Below, one piece after another: positions 1 to 8,716 of a stretch of 64,000 nucleotides of DNA. Within the stretch, counting starts at the first letter, position 1; each line of letters opens with the position of its first letter. The notes below the pieces were generated by a model. The model made no database searches. It saw only the letters and a program-made list of their open reading frames with translations, and was not told the origin of the DNA. The DNA comes from Candidatus Poribacteria bacterium (lineage in GTDB: Bacteria; Poribacteria; WGA-4E; JAJDTR01): assembly GCA_022827055.1 (NCBI GenBank), contig JAJDTR010000075.1:758-64757 (forward strand), read 5' to 3'. The position numbers and the translations under genes were made by a program.

Positions 1-860
1 GCACGAGCACTGAACCCTTGTCGTAAGCGGCGGAGACGAAAATCCGGTCGCCCGGCAAGTGGAGTGGCACGGCGGCGTTGATGTCGTTTCCTGTGGGCCA
101 CGGATCATGTGTCCAGTAAACGGTGCCGTCGGTCGGTGAAACGGAGACGAGCGATTTACCCGTCATAAAAATTGCCTGCCGGACGCCGTTGGAGTCGATG
201 ACGATGGGCGATGAGTAACCCGTTCTGTCCGTGTGAGATGTCCAGAGTATAGCCCCGGTTTCCTTGTCGAAGGCGACGATGGATTTTCCGTTCTTGCCCC
301 CCGCTTCGATGAGAAGCGAATCGCCTTCGATGATGGGCGATGACGAGAACCCGAAACCGGGCATTCCGCTTTCAAACTCGGTCACGAAATCGTGTCCCCA
401 CACCTTTTCGCCACTGTCCGCATCCAAACCGTAAAGTTTACCCTTGGCGCCGAGCACATAAACCTTGCCACCGTCAACCGCCGGTGTTGAACGGGGACCG
501 CTACCTTCGCCGGAGTGATATTTCTCATCAGTGCGTGAACGCCAGATTTCCTTCCCGTCCGATGCATTCAGACAGACGGCAAACTCATCCTCGCCTTCCG
601 AGAGCATGGTGTAGATGCGGCCGTCGACGATGGAGATTCCGGAGTAGCCTTCGCCGATCGGGATGCGCCAAAGTACCTCTGGTCCATCCTCGGACCAGGT
701 CTTCAGCCAACCGGTTTCAGGAGAGATGTTGTCGCGGTTGAGCCCCTGATATTGGGGCCAATCCGCTTTCGCTCCGCCGCAGCCCGCGAGGAGAGCCGCA
801 ATTGCCAACAGTGTTGCCAACAGTGTGAAGAGTAGTGTAAATTGATAGTTTACCTTCATG
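1..860 (-). CDS. PQQ-like beta-propeller repeat lipoprotein (BamB / PQQ-enzyme-repeat type), N-terminal portion; the gene continues past the window start
   Basis: Manual minus-strand translation from the ATG at 860-858 gives MKVNYQFTLLFTLLATLLAIAALLAGCGGAKADW... (lipobox LAGC). This is followed by repeated blade motifs: DGKEIW, GGKVYVLG, LYGLDADSGEKVW, VAFDKETGAILW, TDGTVYW. The frame is open to position 1. It is missing from the ORF track because it has no in-window stop. Confidence 0.7.
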
Positions 861-1037
861 TGTGATTCCTTTCTCTTTATTGAAGAAGTTCCTACTGTGT
901 CCGTTTTTGAATTTAAAACCGTGAAACTCGTCAAGGTTATGATTATGTCGATGATTCACAACACTAAACAGTACGTTTAGCGTGGGTTTCTATTTTAGCA
1001 GTTTTCGGGAGGTTTATCAATCATTATTGTGTGATGG

Positions 1038-2289
1038 CAGGGGAAACGCATCTGATTTTTCAGAATAGAGTTGCTAGAATAGTAGTCAAATAATTGTCGT
1101 CCCATGCGGCTTTGAGCCGCTTGTTGGCGACACCAAGTTTGGTTGACTTCTCAGACTTGAGTAGATTGAGAGCAATGCGTCGGACGATGGCGAAGTTCTC
1201 ACCGCTGTTATCTTTACGAATCCGGGAGGCGTCTTCACGAAAAGCAACATCTAATACCCAATGACATGAGTTCTCAATCCGCCAGTGATGCCTAGTGGCT
1301 TCAAGCAACTGGGCTGCATCACCAAGAAGCGAAGAAATATAGTAGCGTGTCTCTGTGGTCACTTGTTGGTTGACTTCTCGCTCGGCGGTGACTTTGACGA
1401 CTGAGTTAAGATTGACGAAGTTCTCACTTGTTCTAAGAGTAGAAATTACACCGGGGTCTGCAATCGCATAAGCCGTGCGGGTTTCTATACGTCCATGATT
1501 GCCGTCAACGGTTTGCGTCGAGTCGACTTTAACATCTCTTATCTCACCCGTTGAGACGCCATCAAACAAAAGTCGAACATCTTCAGACAATTGTCCTTGA
1601 TTGGCTTTAAGCGCCAAAACGTAGTCAGCCTCTGAATCCACAATGGTTTGAGCAATGTCGGTTTGACAACCCATCGCATCAATAGTAACAATGCACCCTG
1701 ACACCTCCAATAATTCAAGCAATTGAGGCATGGCTGGAATCTCATTGGATTTGTCTGCCACTTTGATTTGTCCTAGTGCCACGCCTTGATGGCACGCCCA
1801 GGCGCTAACCAGGTGAATGGCTGCTTTGTTGTTATGAGTATCGTAAGAACGACGCAGTTGTTTTCCATCAACCGCAATCACTTGACCTTGCGTTACTTCA
1901 ATGGCACTACGAATCCAGTTGATGAAACATTCTTCAAATTTGGTAGCGTCTAGCGCACTAAATACACGCCTGAATGTATCGTGCGACGGGATGCCTTTTG
2001 GTAATTCCAAGAACCCGGTTAACCATTTATACTTGGCGTCTCCGAATGATTGAACTGCTACCCAATTATCGGCGCCGCAGATAACCGCGCAGATAGTAAT
2101 GACAATAATATCAAGCAATTTATGGGGTGTACGACAATCATCTCGTCTGGGGTCTGGCAATGATTCAAAGTGGGCTTCAATAGACGAAATTGGGGGATTG
2201 GACATGTGTTCTACTCCCTAGAAAAGTTTACACAAGCATATCCCACGTTCCTCTCATGTCAAGACCAAAATTTAGATGCGTTTCCCCTG
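1038..2289 (-). mobile_element. ISAs1-family insertion sequence, apparently complete (1252 bp), with terminal inverted repeats and a 10-bp target-site duplication
   Basis: Left end CAGGGGAAACGCATCT at 1038-1053. Right end is the reverse complement of 2274-2289, the identical 16-mer. Subterminal TnATTTT patterns are present. A direct repeat TGTGTGATGG flanks the element at 1028-1037 and 2290-2299. A single transposase ORF fills the interior. Confidence 0.85.
1060..2205 (-). CDS. ISAs1-family (H-repeat-associated) transposase, 381 aa
   Basis: Hallmark ISAs1 transposase motifs: DAMGCQ, ALKANQ, ETRYY and C-terminal HWRIENSCHWVLDVAFREDASRIR...KAAWDDNYL. The ATG at 2205 was checked (MSNPPISSIE). 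Confidence 0.9.
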   Translation of the reverse strand: MSNPPISSIEAHFESLPDPRRDDCRTPHKLLDIIVITICAVICGADNWVAVQSFGDAKYKWLTGFLELPKGIPSHDTFRRVFSALDATKFEECFINWIRSAIEVTQGQVIAVDGKQLRRSYDTHNNKAAIHLVSAWACHQGVALGQIKVADKSNEIPAMPQLLELLEVSGCIVTIDAMGCQTDIAQTIVDSEADYVLALKANQGQLSEDVRLLFDGVSTGEIRDVKVDSTQTVDGNHGRIETRTAYAIADPGVISTLRTSENFVNLNSVVKVTAEREVNQQVTTETRYYISSLLGDAAQLLEATRHHWRIENSCHWVLDVAFREDASRIRKDNSGENFAIVRRIALNLLKSEKSTKLGVANKRLKAAWDDNYLTTILATLF

Positions 2290-2505
2290 TGTGTGATGGT
2301 TGCATCTAATTTCGGGGCGTAAAGGTGTTATCTATTGTCTCTGGACCGGGTGTGAACTGAAAAAATGCGAGAGGAAATCGACGGAATATGGCAAAGGGCG
2401 TGTGGACGCCATCGTTGCAATTTCCAAATATGTACCCAAAAAGATGGCAGATTGAGATCACCTTCGCGAGAATTTTGTGTGATTACCGTTCCGTTAGTGA
2501 CATGA

Positions 2506-3030
2506 TTAATTTTCGTCCGTATCGGAGTGGGAATGGGGGTGCGGCGGAAGTGAGCCTGTGACGTTGCCGTCTTTGTCGTAGGTGTGAATCGTTCCACGAC
2601 CATGTAGGCTAACCCCAATATCGCCTTTATCTTTGCCACCGACGGAAATCCCACCGCTATCTTCGTAGGAATATAGGGTAACTTTGGTACTGTCATCCCT
2701 GTCATCAATAGTAAACACCCCACCTTTCTCGCTGGTCAGTAGGTTAATAGCACCATTTTTGCCAGTAACCGCTATTGCGCCACCGTGCTCGCCGATGAGT
2801 AAACCAACCTGATGAGTGGATGTCTCTCGGTCTTTATCATAGACACCTATGATGCCACCTTTGTCATCCGTTGTAATGATTACGCGAGCATTGCCTTCTT
2901 CGTCAACAATCCGTAATTGTTTGCATTTTACCGTGTCGAAGGTAGCGTTGGGGCGCCTAGTGTTTGACATACCGAGGAACATTATGGCTGCGCCGAGGGC
3001 GATGTAGATGAGATTTCGTTGGAAGTTCAT
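2506..3030 (-). CDS. Secreted hypothetical protein with about 25-aa beta-type internal repeats and a His-rich C-terminal tail
   Basis: N-terminal signal-like segment (MNFQRNLIYIALGAAIMFLG). Repeated xVxxTxKxGGxIxVxDKDG-like units. C-terminal PPHPHSHSD. Its start overlaps the stop of the upstream small membrane gene. Confidence 0.5.
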   Translation of the reverse strand: MNFQRNLIYIALGAAIMFLGMSNTRRPNATFDTVKCKQLRIVDEEGNARVIITTDDKGGIIGVYDKDRETSTHQVGLLIGEHGGAIAVTGKNGAINLLTSEKGGVFTIDDRDDSTKVTLYSYEDSGGISVGGKDKGDIGVSLHGRGTIHTYDKDGNVTGSLPPHPHSHSDTDEN

Positions 3031-3260
3031 AGGTTTTCCTTTCGTGGTGTTCGTTTTTTTCTAAATCGTAGAATGAGGAAGGCGAGCCAAAAGCAAAATC
3101 CGTATGCGATGATTAAGATTTGAACTAGAAACGCAAAGCCGCTGAAGGGAAGTACGATGGATACGATGTGAATGAGGATGTTGGATATAATGACGTAGAC
3201 GGCGAATGAGAGGATTGTGGTCAGAAGAAAGATTAATGATCGGGTTATGTAGGATTTCAT
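3027..3260 (-). CDS. Small two-TM membrane protein (77 aa), translationally coupled to the 2506..3030 gene
   Basis: Two hydrophobic helices and a C-terminal basic tail (RFRKKRTPRKENL). Stop and start overlap with the downstream ORF. Confidence 0.4.
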   Translation of the reverse strand: MKSYITRSLIFLLTTILSFAVYVIISNILIHIVSIVLPFSGFAFLVQILIIAYGFCFWLAFLILRFRKKRTPRKENL

Positions 3261-3459
3261 GGTTTGCCATGTTCCTTCGTATTAACCTGTTTGAAAAGTA
3301 CGGTTTGTAGGGTGTGCACTGCGCACCAACCTCTAAAAGCCCCGGAGGGGGCGGAAGGTGTGTAGAAATAGTGTCCAATATTTCCTAGATTGAGCCTAGA
3401 ACAATTATTTTAATGAAATCCCTGTGCACTTTATACAAGGTCGTAGTGTTTATCCCGTG

Positions 3460-3807
3460 TTATCGAAGCGGACTTTTTCGTTCCAATCGTTTTTCTTCCC
3501 TCTCCAACGCTCTGGATTTGGCTCGCCACTTTTTCCACGCCTTGCGTCTGGCTTCGGCTTCCTCCGGTGTCATCGAATCAAATCGGTCTCTGAGTTCTTC
3601 AACTGTATCGATTTTCCCTAGCCCTTCAATAAGCGGAGTCGATTCCCGAATCAATCTATCAAATTCGGCATCAAGCGCCATGGATCTTGTCCGATACTCA
3701 TCATATTCGAGGGGTTGGTTGTAGCTGTATATGGCGAGGCTGACCACTAGGACGGAAAACGTGATAAATATAATTGCCGAGGGCCAATTTTTCTTCAAGA
3801 AGTTCAT
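3460..3807 (-). CDS. Membrane-anchored hypothetical protein with a charged coiled C-terminal region
   Basis: The ORF-track entry is 3460..3861. Internal Met19 (MNFLKKNWPSAIIFITFSVLVVSLAIY) is preferred as the start because it immediately precedes the TM segment. Confidence 0.4.
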   Translation of the reverse strand: MNFLKKNWPSAIIFITFSVLVVSLAIYSYNQPLEYDEYRTRSMALDAEFDRLIRESTPLIEGLGKIDTVEELRDRFDSMTPEEAEARRKAWKKWRAKSRALEREEKRLERKSPLR

Positions 3808-3914
3808 TGGGCGGTCTGATATATGAGGGTGGGGTGAGGAAGTCTCGGTTTCGCCACACATGGCAAGGTTAGCATCGGTAGGAGTCTCAAGTCAACATTT
3901 ATCAACCCTTTTCA

Positions 3915-3993
3915 CAGGGAAAACGCACCTAATTTTGAGTGAGAATTTAAACCGATGACGAGGAAAAGTAGGGAACGCAGATCTGCGTTCCCT
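3915..3993. repeat. IS-end-like remnant: a solo ISAs1-type IR (CAGGGAAAACGCACCTAATTTTGAG) followed about 40 bp later by a perfect 24-bp palindrome (AGGGAACGCAGATCTGCGTTCCCT) that reads like two degenerate IRs abutted
   Basis: 3915-3930 matches the IS IR at 13 of 16 positions and also matches the subterminal TAAnTTT pattern. 3970-3993 is a perfect palindrome centred on AGATCT. No TSD was found. Confidence 0.4.
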
Positions 3994-4129
3994 GCAGCTA
4001 TGCAAGTACTCAAGCGCTGAATACGTTTGAGGATTCATACGGACCCTACGAAGTGAGGGTTAATACGCAATGCCTATCCTACAGGGCCATATAAGAGAGA
4101 TACTCACGTTTTGGTTTTCGATTGAATTG

Positions 4130-6226
4130 CTAATCGGCGTATTGGATAATCCGAGCATCCAGTACGGATAGACCCCGCTCATGTACTTTTATGGGATTCA
4201 GATCGAGTTGGGCGATACGAGGATTTTCTAGGAGGAACGCGGAGACGTTCAGCAGCGCGGCGCGGAGCGATTCAAGGTGCACCGGCTTTCCTCCTCGAAC
4301 ACCGGTGAGCAACGGAAAGCCATCAAGCTCCCGAATCATCTGATCGGCGTCATCTTGGGTGATGGGGCAGACTCTGAAAGAGACATCCCGCATCACCTCG
4401 ACATAGATGCCGCCGAGTCCGAACATCAGCGTTGGTCCGAACGTCGGATCGTTCATGCCGCCGATGATGACTTCAACGCCATCGTTCTCATCCATTTTGC
4501 TCACCAGCACGCCGTTGATTCGAGCGTTGTGCTTGAAGGCGCGCGCGTTGGCGATAACCTCGTCGAAGGCTTTAGCCACCGCCTCGGGCGTACTTAACCT
4601 CAACTTCACGCAGCCGATGTCCGACTTGTGCAATACGTCTTCAGAGATTATCTTTAGAGCGACCGGATACCCGATTTCATCGGCGGCGTTGATTGCTGCC
4701 CGCGCTGTTGCTACAAGACGGTATGCCGGGAAGGGCAATCCGGCGGTTTCCAGCAACTGGTTGGCTTGATGTTCAAGGAGAGGCTCTGTTCGGTTTCCGC
4801 TGACGTTGGGATGCGTTGCCGTCGCGCCATCAAAGCGCCGTTCGGTCTTCGCTGCTCTGTACCGGGCATACCGCGCCAAGCCCGCCATCGTATTTACGGC
4901 GTCGTGGTGATCCACGAACAGCGGCACCCGGTTTTTTCGCAGCGTGTCGAACGACTTGGAGTCCGCATAGGAGTAGTAGGTGTAGATTAGGACGGGCTTA
5001 TCGGTTTTTGCTATGAGTGCGGACATCTTCTCAGCCGAGGCTTCCACCTCCGGCGCGACATTCGGATTCAGGAAATCCCATCCGGCGAACCCGCCCACAA
5101 CAATCAATCCATCAATCTCATCCCCTTCAAGCATAATCTCTGCGACCTCGGGAATCTTTTCCCACATTGCCAAATCGACCGGATTGGTCACTTGTCCAAT
5201 TTCGGGTACAATCTCCCGTAAGCGTTCTTGGTGGCTTGCGGAGAACGTTGGCAGATCCAGCCCATTCAGTGCACACGCATCGGCGGTCAGTGCGCAATCG
5301 CCGCCGCCCTCGGACAGTACCCCGACGCGGTTCCCTTTCGGTAGTTTACCGTGACTCAGCGCCAGCAGGAGAGAACTAAACTCTATCGCGCTTTCTACAC
5401 GCAACGCGCCGCACTGCTTGAAAGCCGCCTCATAGACCTCATCCTGACCGGCGAGAGAGGCGGTATGGCTTGAGATGACGCGCGCGCCTTCTTGGGTGCG
5501 CCCGGTTTTCATCACGACGACCGGCTTGAATTTTGTCGTCTCTGCCACCTCATCAAGGAACTTCCTCCCATCGTTTATCCCTTCGATATGGAGTCCTATC
5601 GCGTTGACACCGTCATCCTCTCGCAGAAATCGGACAATCTCATGGAATTGAACGTCCGCCTGGTTCCCCAAGCCGATGATATAGCGGAAGCCCAAGCCCC
5701 GTTTAACGCCGGGGAAGGCAAGCGACCGCGTGAGATTCCCGCTCTGACCGACCAATCCAATGCCCCCTTCCCGGATATAACCCGACAACAATCCATCAAA
5801 TTTTGCGGGCGCGCTAAAGAAGCCGAGCGTGTTCGGTCCGATGACGCGAATCCCCCTCTCCTTCGCCTGACGGACAAATTCCTCTTGGGCGGCTTTGCCC
5901 TCATCGTCAAGTTCCGCGAATCCGCCCGTGAGGAGCATGATGCCTTTGACGCCCTTCTCAACGCACTCTTCGACGGATGCCCCGGCAATCTGGCGGGCGG
6001 TCACCACGATCGCCAAGTCGATCTGGTCGGGAACATCAAGGATGCTGGAATGGCATTTGAGGTCGAGAATGGTCTCCGCTCTCGGATTAATTGGATGAAT
6101 ATTGCCCTCATAGCCGTAATTTTTCATGATGGAGAGGTAGGTATAACTGAAACTGGTGGGATTGCGTGAGGCGCCGATGAGTGCGACGGATTTGGGGTTG
6201 AGAATATCGCTTAGCGGGTTTGACAT
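4130..6226 (-). CDS. acd: Acetate--CoA ligase (ADP-forming) / NDP-forming acyl-CoA synthetase, fused alpha-beta type, 698 aa
   Basis: N-terminal CoA-binding domain (KSVALIGASRNP...). Central succinyl-CoA-synthetase-like flavodoxin domain. C-terminal ATP-grasp domain. This is the typical acetyl-CoA synthetase (ADP-forming) architecture. Confidence 0.75.
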   Translation of the reverse strand: MSNPLSDILNPKSVALIGASRNPTSFSYTYLSIMKNYGYEGNIHPINPRAETILDLKCHSSILDVPDQIDLAIVVTARQIAGASVEECVEKGVKGIMLLTGGFAELDDEGKAAQEEFVRQAKERGIRVIGPNTLGFFSAPAKFDGLLSGYIREGGIGLVGQSGNLTRSLAFPGVKRGLGFRYIIGLGNQADVQFHEIVRFLREDDGVNAIGLHIEGINDGRKFLDEVAETTKFKPVVVMKTGRTQEGARVISSHTASLAGQDEVYEAAFKQCGALRVESAIEFSSLLLALSHGKLPKGNRVGVLSEGGGDCALTADACALNGLDLPTFSASHQERLREIVPEIGQVTNPVDLAMWEKIPEVAEIMLEGDEIDGLIVVGGFAGWDFLNPNVAPEVEASAEKMSALIAKTDKPVLIYTYYSYADSKSFDTLRKNRVPLFVDHHDAVNTMAGLARYARYRAAKTERRFDGATATHPNVSGNRTEPLLEHQANQLLETAGLPFPAYRLVATARAAINAADEIGYPVALKIISEDVLHKSDIGCVKLRLSTPEAVAKAFDEVIANARAFKHNARINGVLVSKMDENDGVEVIIGGMNDPTFGPTLMFGLGGIYVEVMRDVSFRVCPITQDDADQMIRELDGFPLLTGVRGGKPVHLESLRAALLNVSAFLLENPRIAQLDLNPIKVHERGLSVLDARIIQYAD

Positions 6227-6235
6227 GCAAGTCTG

Positions 6236-7387
6236 TTAATCATCGTTGCCGGACGGGTGTCCGGTGGGAATGACATCCACAGGATATTCGGACAGGTTTT
6301 CTGCACCGGACGCTGTGATGAGGTAGGTGTTCTCAATGCGCGCGCCGTAACGTGCCTCCGGCGTGTAGCCGCCGGGTTCAACGCAGACGACATCGCCGAC
6401 GCGCAAAATGCCTTCGCGGTCACGGTTGAGGTCGGGCGGTTCGTGCATGCGGATTCCGATGCCGTGTCCGGCGTGGTGCACCAACCCGGAATCCGAGAGC
6501 GCCGGGTGCTCCCGAATCTGGTCGTCAAGCGCGCGCCATATCTCCGTACCGCGTGCACCAGGCTTGAGCAGCGACGGTACTGAATCCTGCACGGCAGCAA
6601 TGTGGTCGAATATCGACTGTTGCAGATCGGTTGGCTGGCTATCGACAATGAAAGTGCGCGCCAAGTCCGACCAATAACCCCGGCAGCATGTATGACCGTC
6701 GACGATGTAGAGTTCTCCTCGCTCGATTCGCCGGTTACGTGCGGGACCGTGCTGCTCTCCGCACTGGTAATCACCGTCGTGAAACACCCGTTCCCCCGCC
6801 TTGAGCATGGCGCCGCGTTGACTCTCAGCCAAGACCTCCAACTCGTTCACGCCCGACCTCAGGACAGCCTGAGCGGCGTCGTATGAGGCGAGATTAACTT
6901 TGACGCTCCACCGGAGCATCTCCAACTCATCCGGATCTTTGCACCGCTGCACCTCTGAGAGTAAACCGTCAATTCCGATAGACTCGCTCGGATGCAGCAC
7001 ATCATCTACAGTTTGCCGGAGTAAACCGGATACGGATTCAAACTGTATCCCCAACCGATTGACACGCGTCGCACCTTGGAGTTTCGCCTTGACGACGGCG
7101 TTCAGTTGGTTCATTAGATCGAAATTCAGCGTGTCTAACTGATGCCACTCGTAAGTAATCCAGTCATCGACACACGAAGCCGCATCATCGGTATGGGAGA
7201 CGACCCAGCAGCCCTCGTCGGTTTCAAGTAGCATGAAGACCGAGAAGGTGTCCGGGAGGAGTTTTCCCGTAAAGTAGTAGACGTCACGGGGTTCCATCAG
7301 CACGGCGGCGTCGATGTTCTGTTCTGCGAGTGCTGTACGGAAGCGGTTTTGTCTGTCTAGGCAGCCGTTTTGTGTTAGTGTGGGCAT
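6236..7387 (-). CDS. M24-family metallopeptidase (Xaa-Pro aminopeptidase / prolidase-like)
   Basis: Creatinase-like N-domain plus a pita-bread catalytic domain with HGIGIRMHEPP and metal-ligand D/H/E positions. The start was moved to Met32 (MPTLTQ, ATG at 7387). The gene lies 10 bp upstream of acd, so the two are probably co-transcribed. Confidence 0.75.
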   Translation of the reverse strand: MPTLTQNGCLDRQNRFRTALAEQNIDAAVLMEPRDVYYFTGKLLPDTFSVFMLLETDEGCWVVSHTDDAASCVDDWITYEWHQLDTLNFDLMNQLNAVVKAKLQGATRVNRLGIQFESVSGLLRQTVDDVLHPSESIGIDGLLSEVQRCKDPDELEMLRWSVKVNLASYDAAQAVLRSGVNELEVLAESQRGAMLKAGERVFHDGDYQCGEQHGPARNRRIERGELYIVDGHTCCRGYWSDLARTFIVDSQPTDLQQSIFDHIAAVQDSVPSLLKPGARGTEIWRALDDQIREHPALSDSGLVHHAGHGIGIRMHEPPDLNRDREGILRVGDVVCVEPGGYTPEARYGARIENTYLITASGAENLSEYPVDVIPTGHPSGNDD

Positions 7388-7574
7388 CGATGGATTCTTT
7401 CTACACTTCTCCACAACGACAATTTCATTTTGAACCTTGCACAAAAAAAGGGACGAAGGAAGAATGCGCGATTTGCGCATTGACAGAGCGTCGTGTTACA
7501 TCATACTATCATCGGCACAAGTTCGTAGCGAGCAAAGATTCTGTTTAGGCTCAACCAAGTTGAAAGGAGTGCCG

Positions 7575-8078
7575 ATGGGTACTATAACATATTTTGCGTA
7601 CGGTTCAAACATGTCTCGCAAGAGACTTCAGAAGAGAGTTTCATCTGCCGAGCCGAAAGGAAGGGCGGTTCTTCGTTACCATCGTCTTGCATTTCACAAA
7701 GTCAGTCGTAAGGACAAATCCGGTAAGTGCGATATCCCATCTGCAAGTGGATCCGACGTGGTGTGGGGGCGCTTGTATCACATCGACGACAAAGATAAAG
7801 AATGCCTTGATCGCTATGAGGGATTGGGATACGGTTATGCTAAGAGGGATGTTATGGTCGAATTGAACTCTTGTACCACCGTCTGTGCCATGACTTACTA
7901 TGCTACGGAGAAAGACTCTACACTGAAGCCCTATACTTGGTATATAAAGCACATTCTGATCGGGGCAAAAGAAGCGTGTCTGCCTCCAGATTACATCACG
8001 CAGATTGAAGAAGTTGAAGCCGAAAAGGATCCCTGCAAAAAACGCGAGTGGGAAGAACTCAAAATTTACCGTGAGTAG
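7575..8078 (+). CDS. Gamma-glutamylcyclotransferase / AIG2-like family protein
   Basis: YFAYGSNM motif at the N-terminus. GGAG-type RBS (AAAGGAG) at 7563-7569. The ORF-track entry starts at 7437, but the internal start at 7575 fits the family N-terminus. Confidence 0.7.
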   Translation: MGTITYFAYGSNMSRKRLQKRVSSAEPKGRAVLRYHRLAFHKVSRKDKSGKCDIPSASGSDVVWGRLYHIDDKDKECLDRYEGLGYGYAKRDVMVELNSCTTVCAMTYYATEKDSTLKPYTWYIKHILIGAKEACLPPDYITQIEEVEAEKDPCKKREWEELKIYRE

Positions 8079-8150
8079 AATACCCTTTTGGTGCACATCC
8101 TGTTTGCATACGTAGTTCTCTCGGTAAGTGTTTAATGCAAGTAAGGAGCT

Positions 8151-8190
8151 CGCGACCGGGAGATCGCTCCTACATTAGGCTGGTAGGAAG
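8151..8190. repeat. Partial copy (M2 module, GGAGATCGCTCCTACA) of the intergenic repeat family
   Basis: CGCGACCGGGAGATCGCTCCTACATTAGG matches the M2 module seen in repeat copies A/B (minus orientation) and C. Confidence 0.5.
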
Positions 8191-8279
8191 AATCTTTGAA
8201 TCGCCTATTTCCTTCCTCAATATGACCAAAACAGACTAGGGCACAAACGCGTTATAGTCGAATAACTAGGGGCCAAAAA

Positions 8280-8699
8280 TCAACCCATCGGCTCAAATTT
8301 CGGGATGCTGATTTCGGGGGTAACGTCGTCGAAGGTCACTTTAACCCGCATTCCAACGTCCACCGCGGACGGATCGATATTGACGACGTTGGAAATCATG
8401 CGAGCGCCGTCGTCCAGATCGATAATTGCGTAGACGTAGGGCACTTCGGACTCGAAACCCAGATGCGCCACCTGATGGATAATCGTGAAGGAGTAGACGG
8501 TTCCGCGCCCGGTTGACTTGAACCAGCCGAGATCTTCGGATAAACACCGGTAGCACATCACGCGCGGGAAATGGATAACCTCGCCGCAGGCGTTGCACCG
8601 CTGCAGGAAGAGTTCGTGCCGCTTTGTCGCTTTCCAGAACTCTTCCGTCTCGGGTTCTATTGTAGGTAACGGCTTGGTATATTCGACTTCTGTGGACAT
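8280..8699 (-). CDS. Zn-ribbon OB-fold protein (DUF35 family), the usual partner of thiolase-like enzymes
   Basis: CxxC...CxxC rubredoxin-like knuckle (CNACGEV...CYRC) followed by an OB-fold region. It lies immediately downstream of the thiolase-like gene. Confidence 0.7.
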   Translation of the reverse strand: MSTEVEYTKPLPTIEPETEEFWKATKRHELFLQRCNACGEVIHFPRVMCYRCLSEDLGWFKSTGRGTVYSFTIIHQVAHLGFESEVPYVYAIIDLDDGARMISNVVNIDPSAVDVGMRVKVTFDDVTPEISIPKFEPMG

Positions 8700-8716
8700 G
8701 GCGCTGCCTCCTGCCC

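Noticed and set aside
5492-6169. 225-aa plus-strand ORF and several other ORFs of 60-130 aa overlapping acd
   Set aside because: Antisense or out-of-frame to a full-length, motif-rich acetyl-CoA synthetase (ADP-forming) gene.
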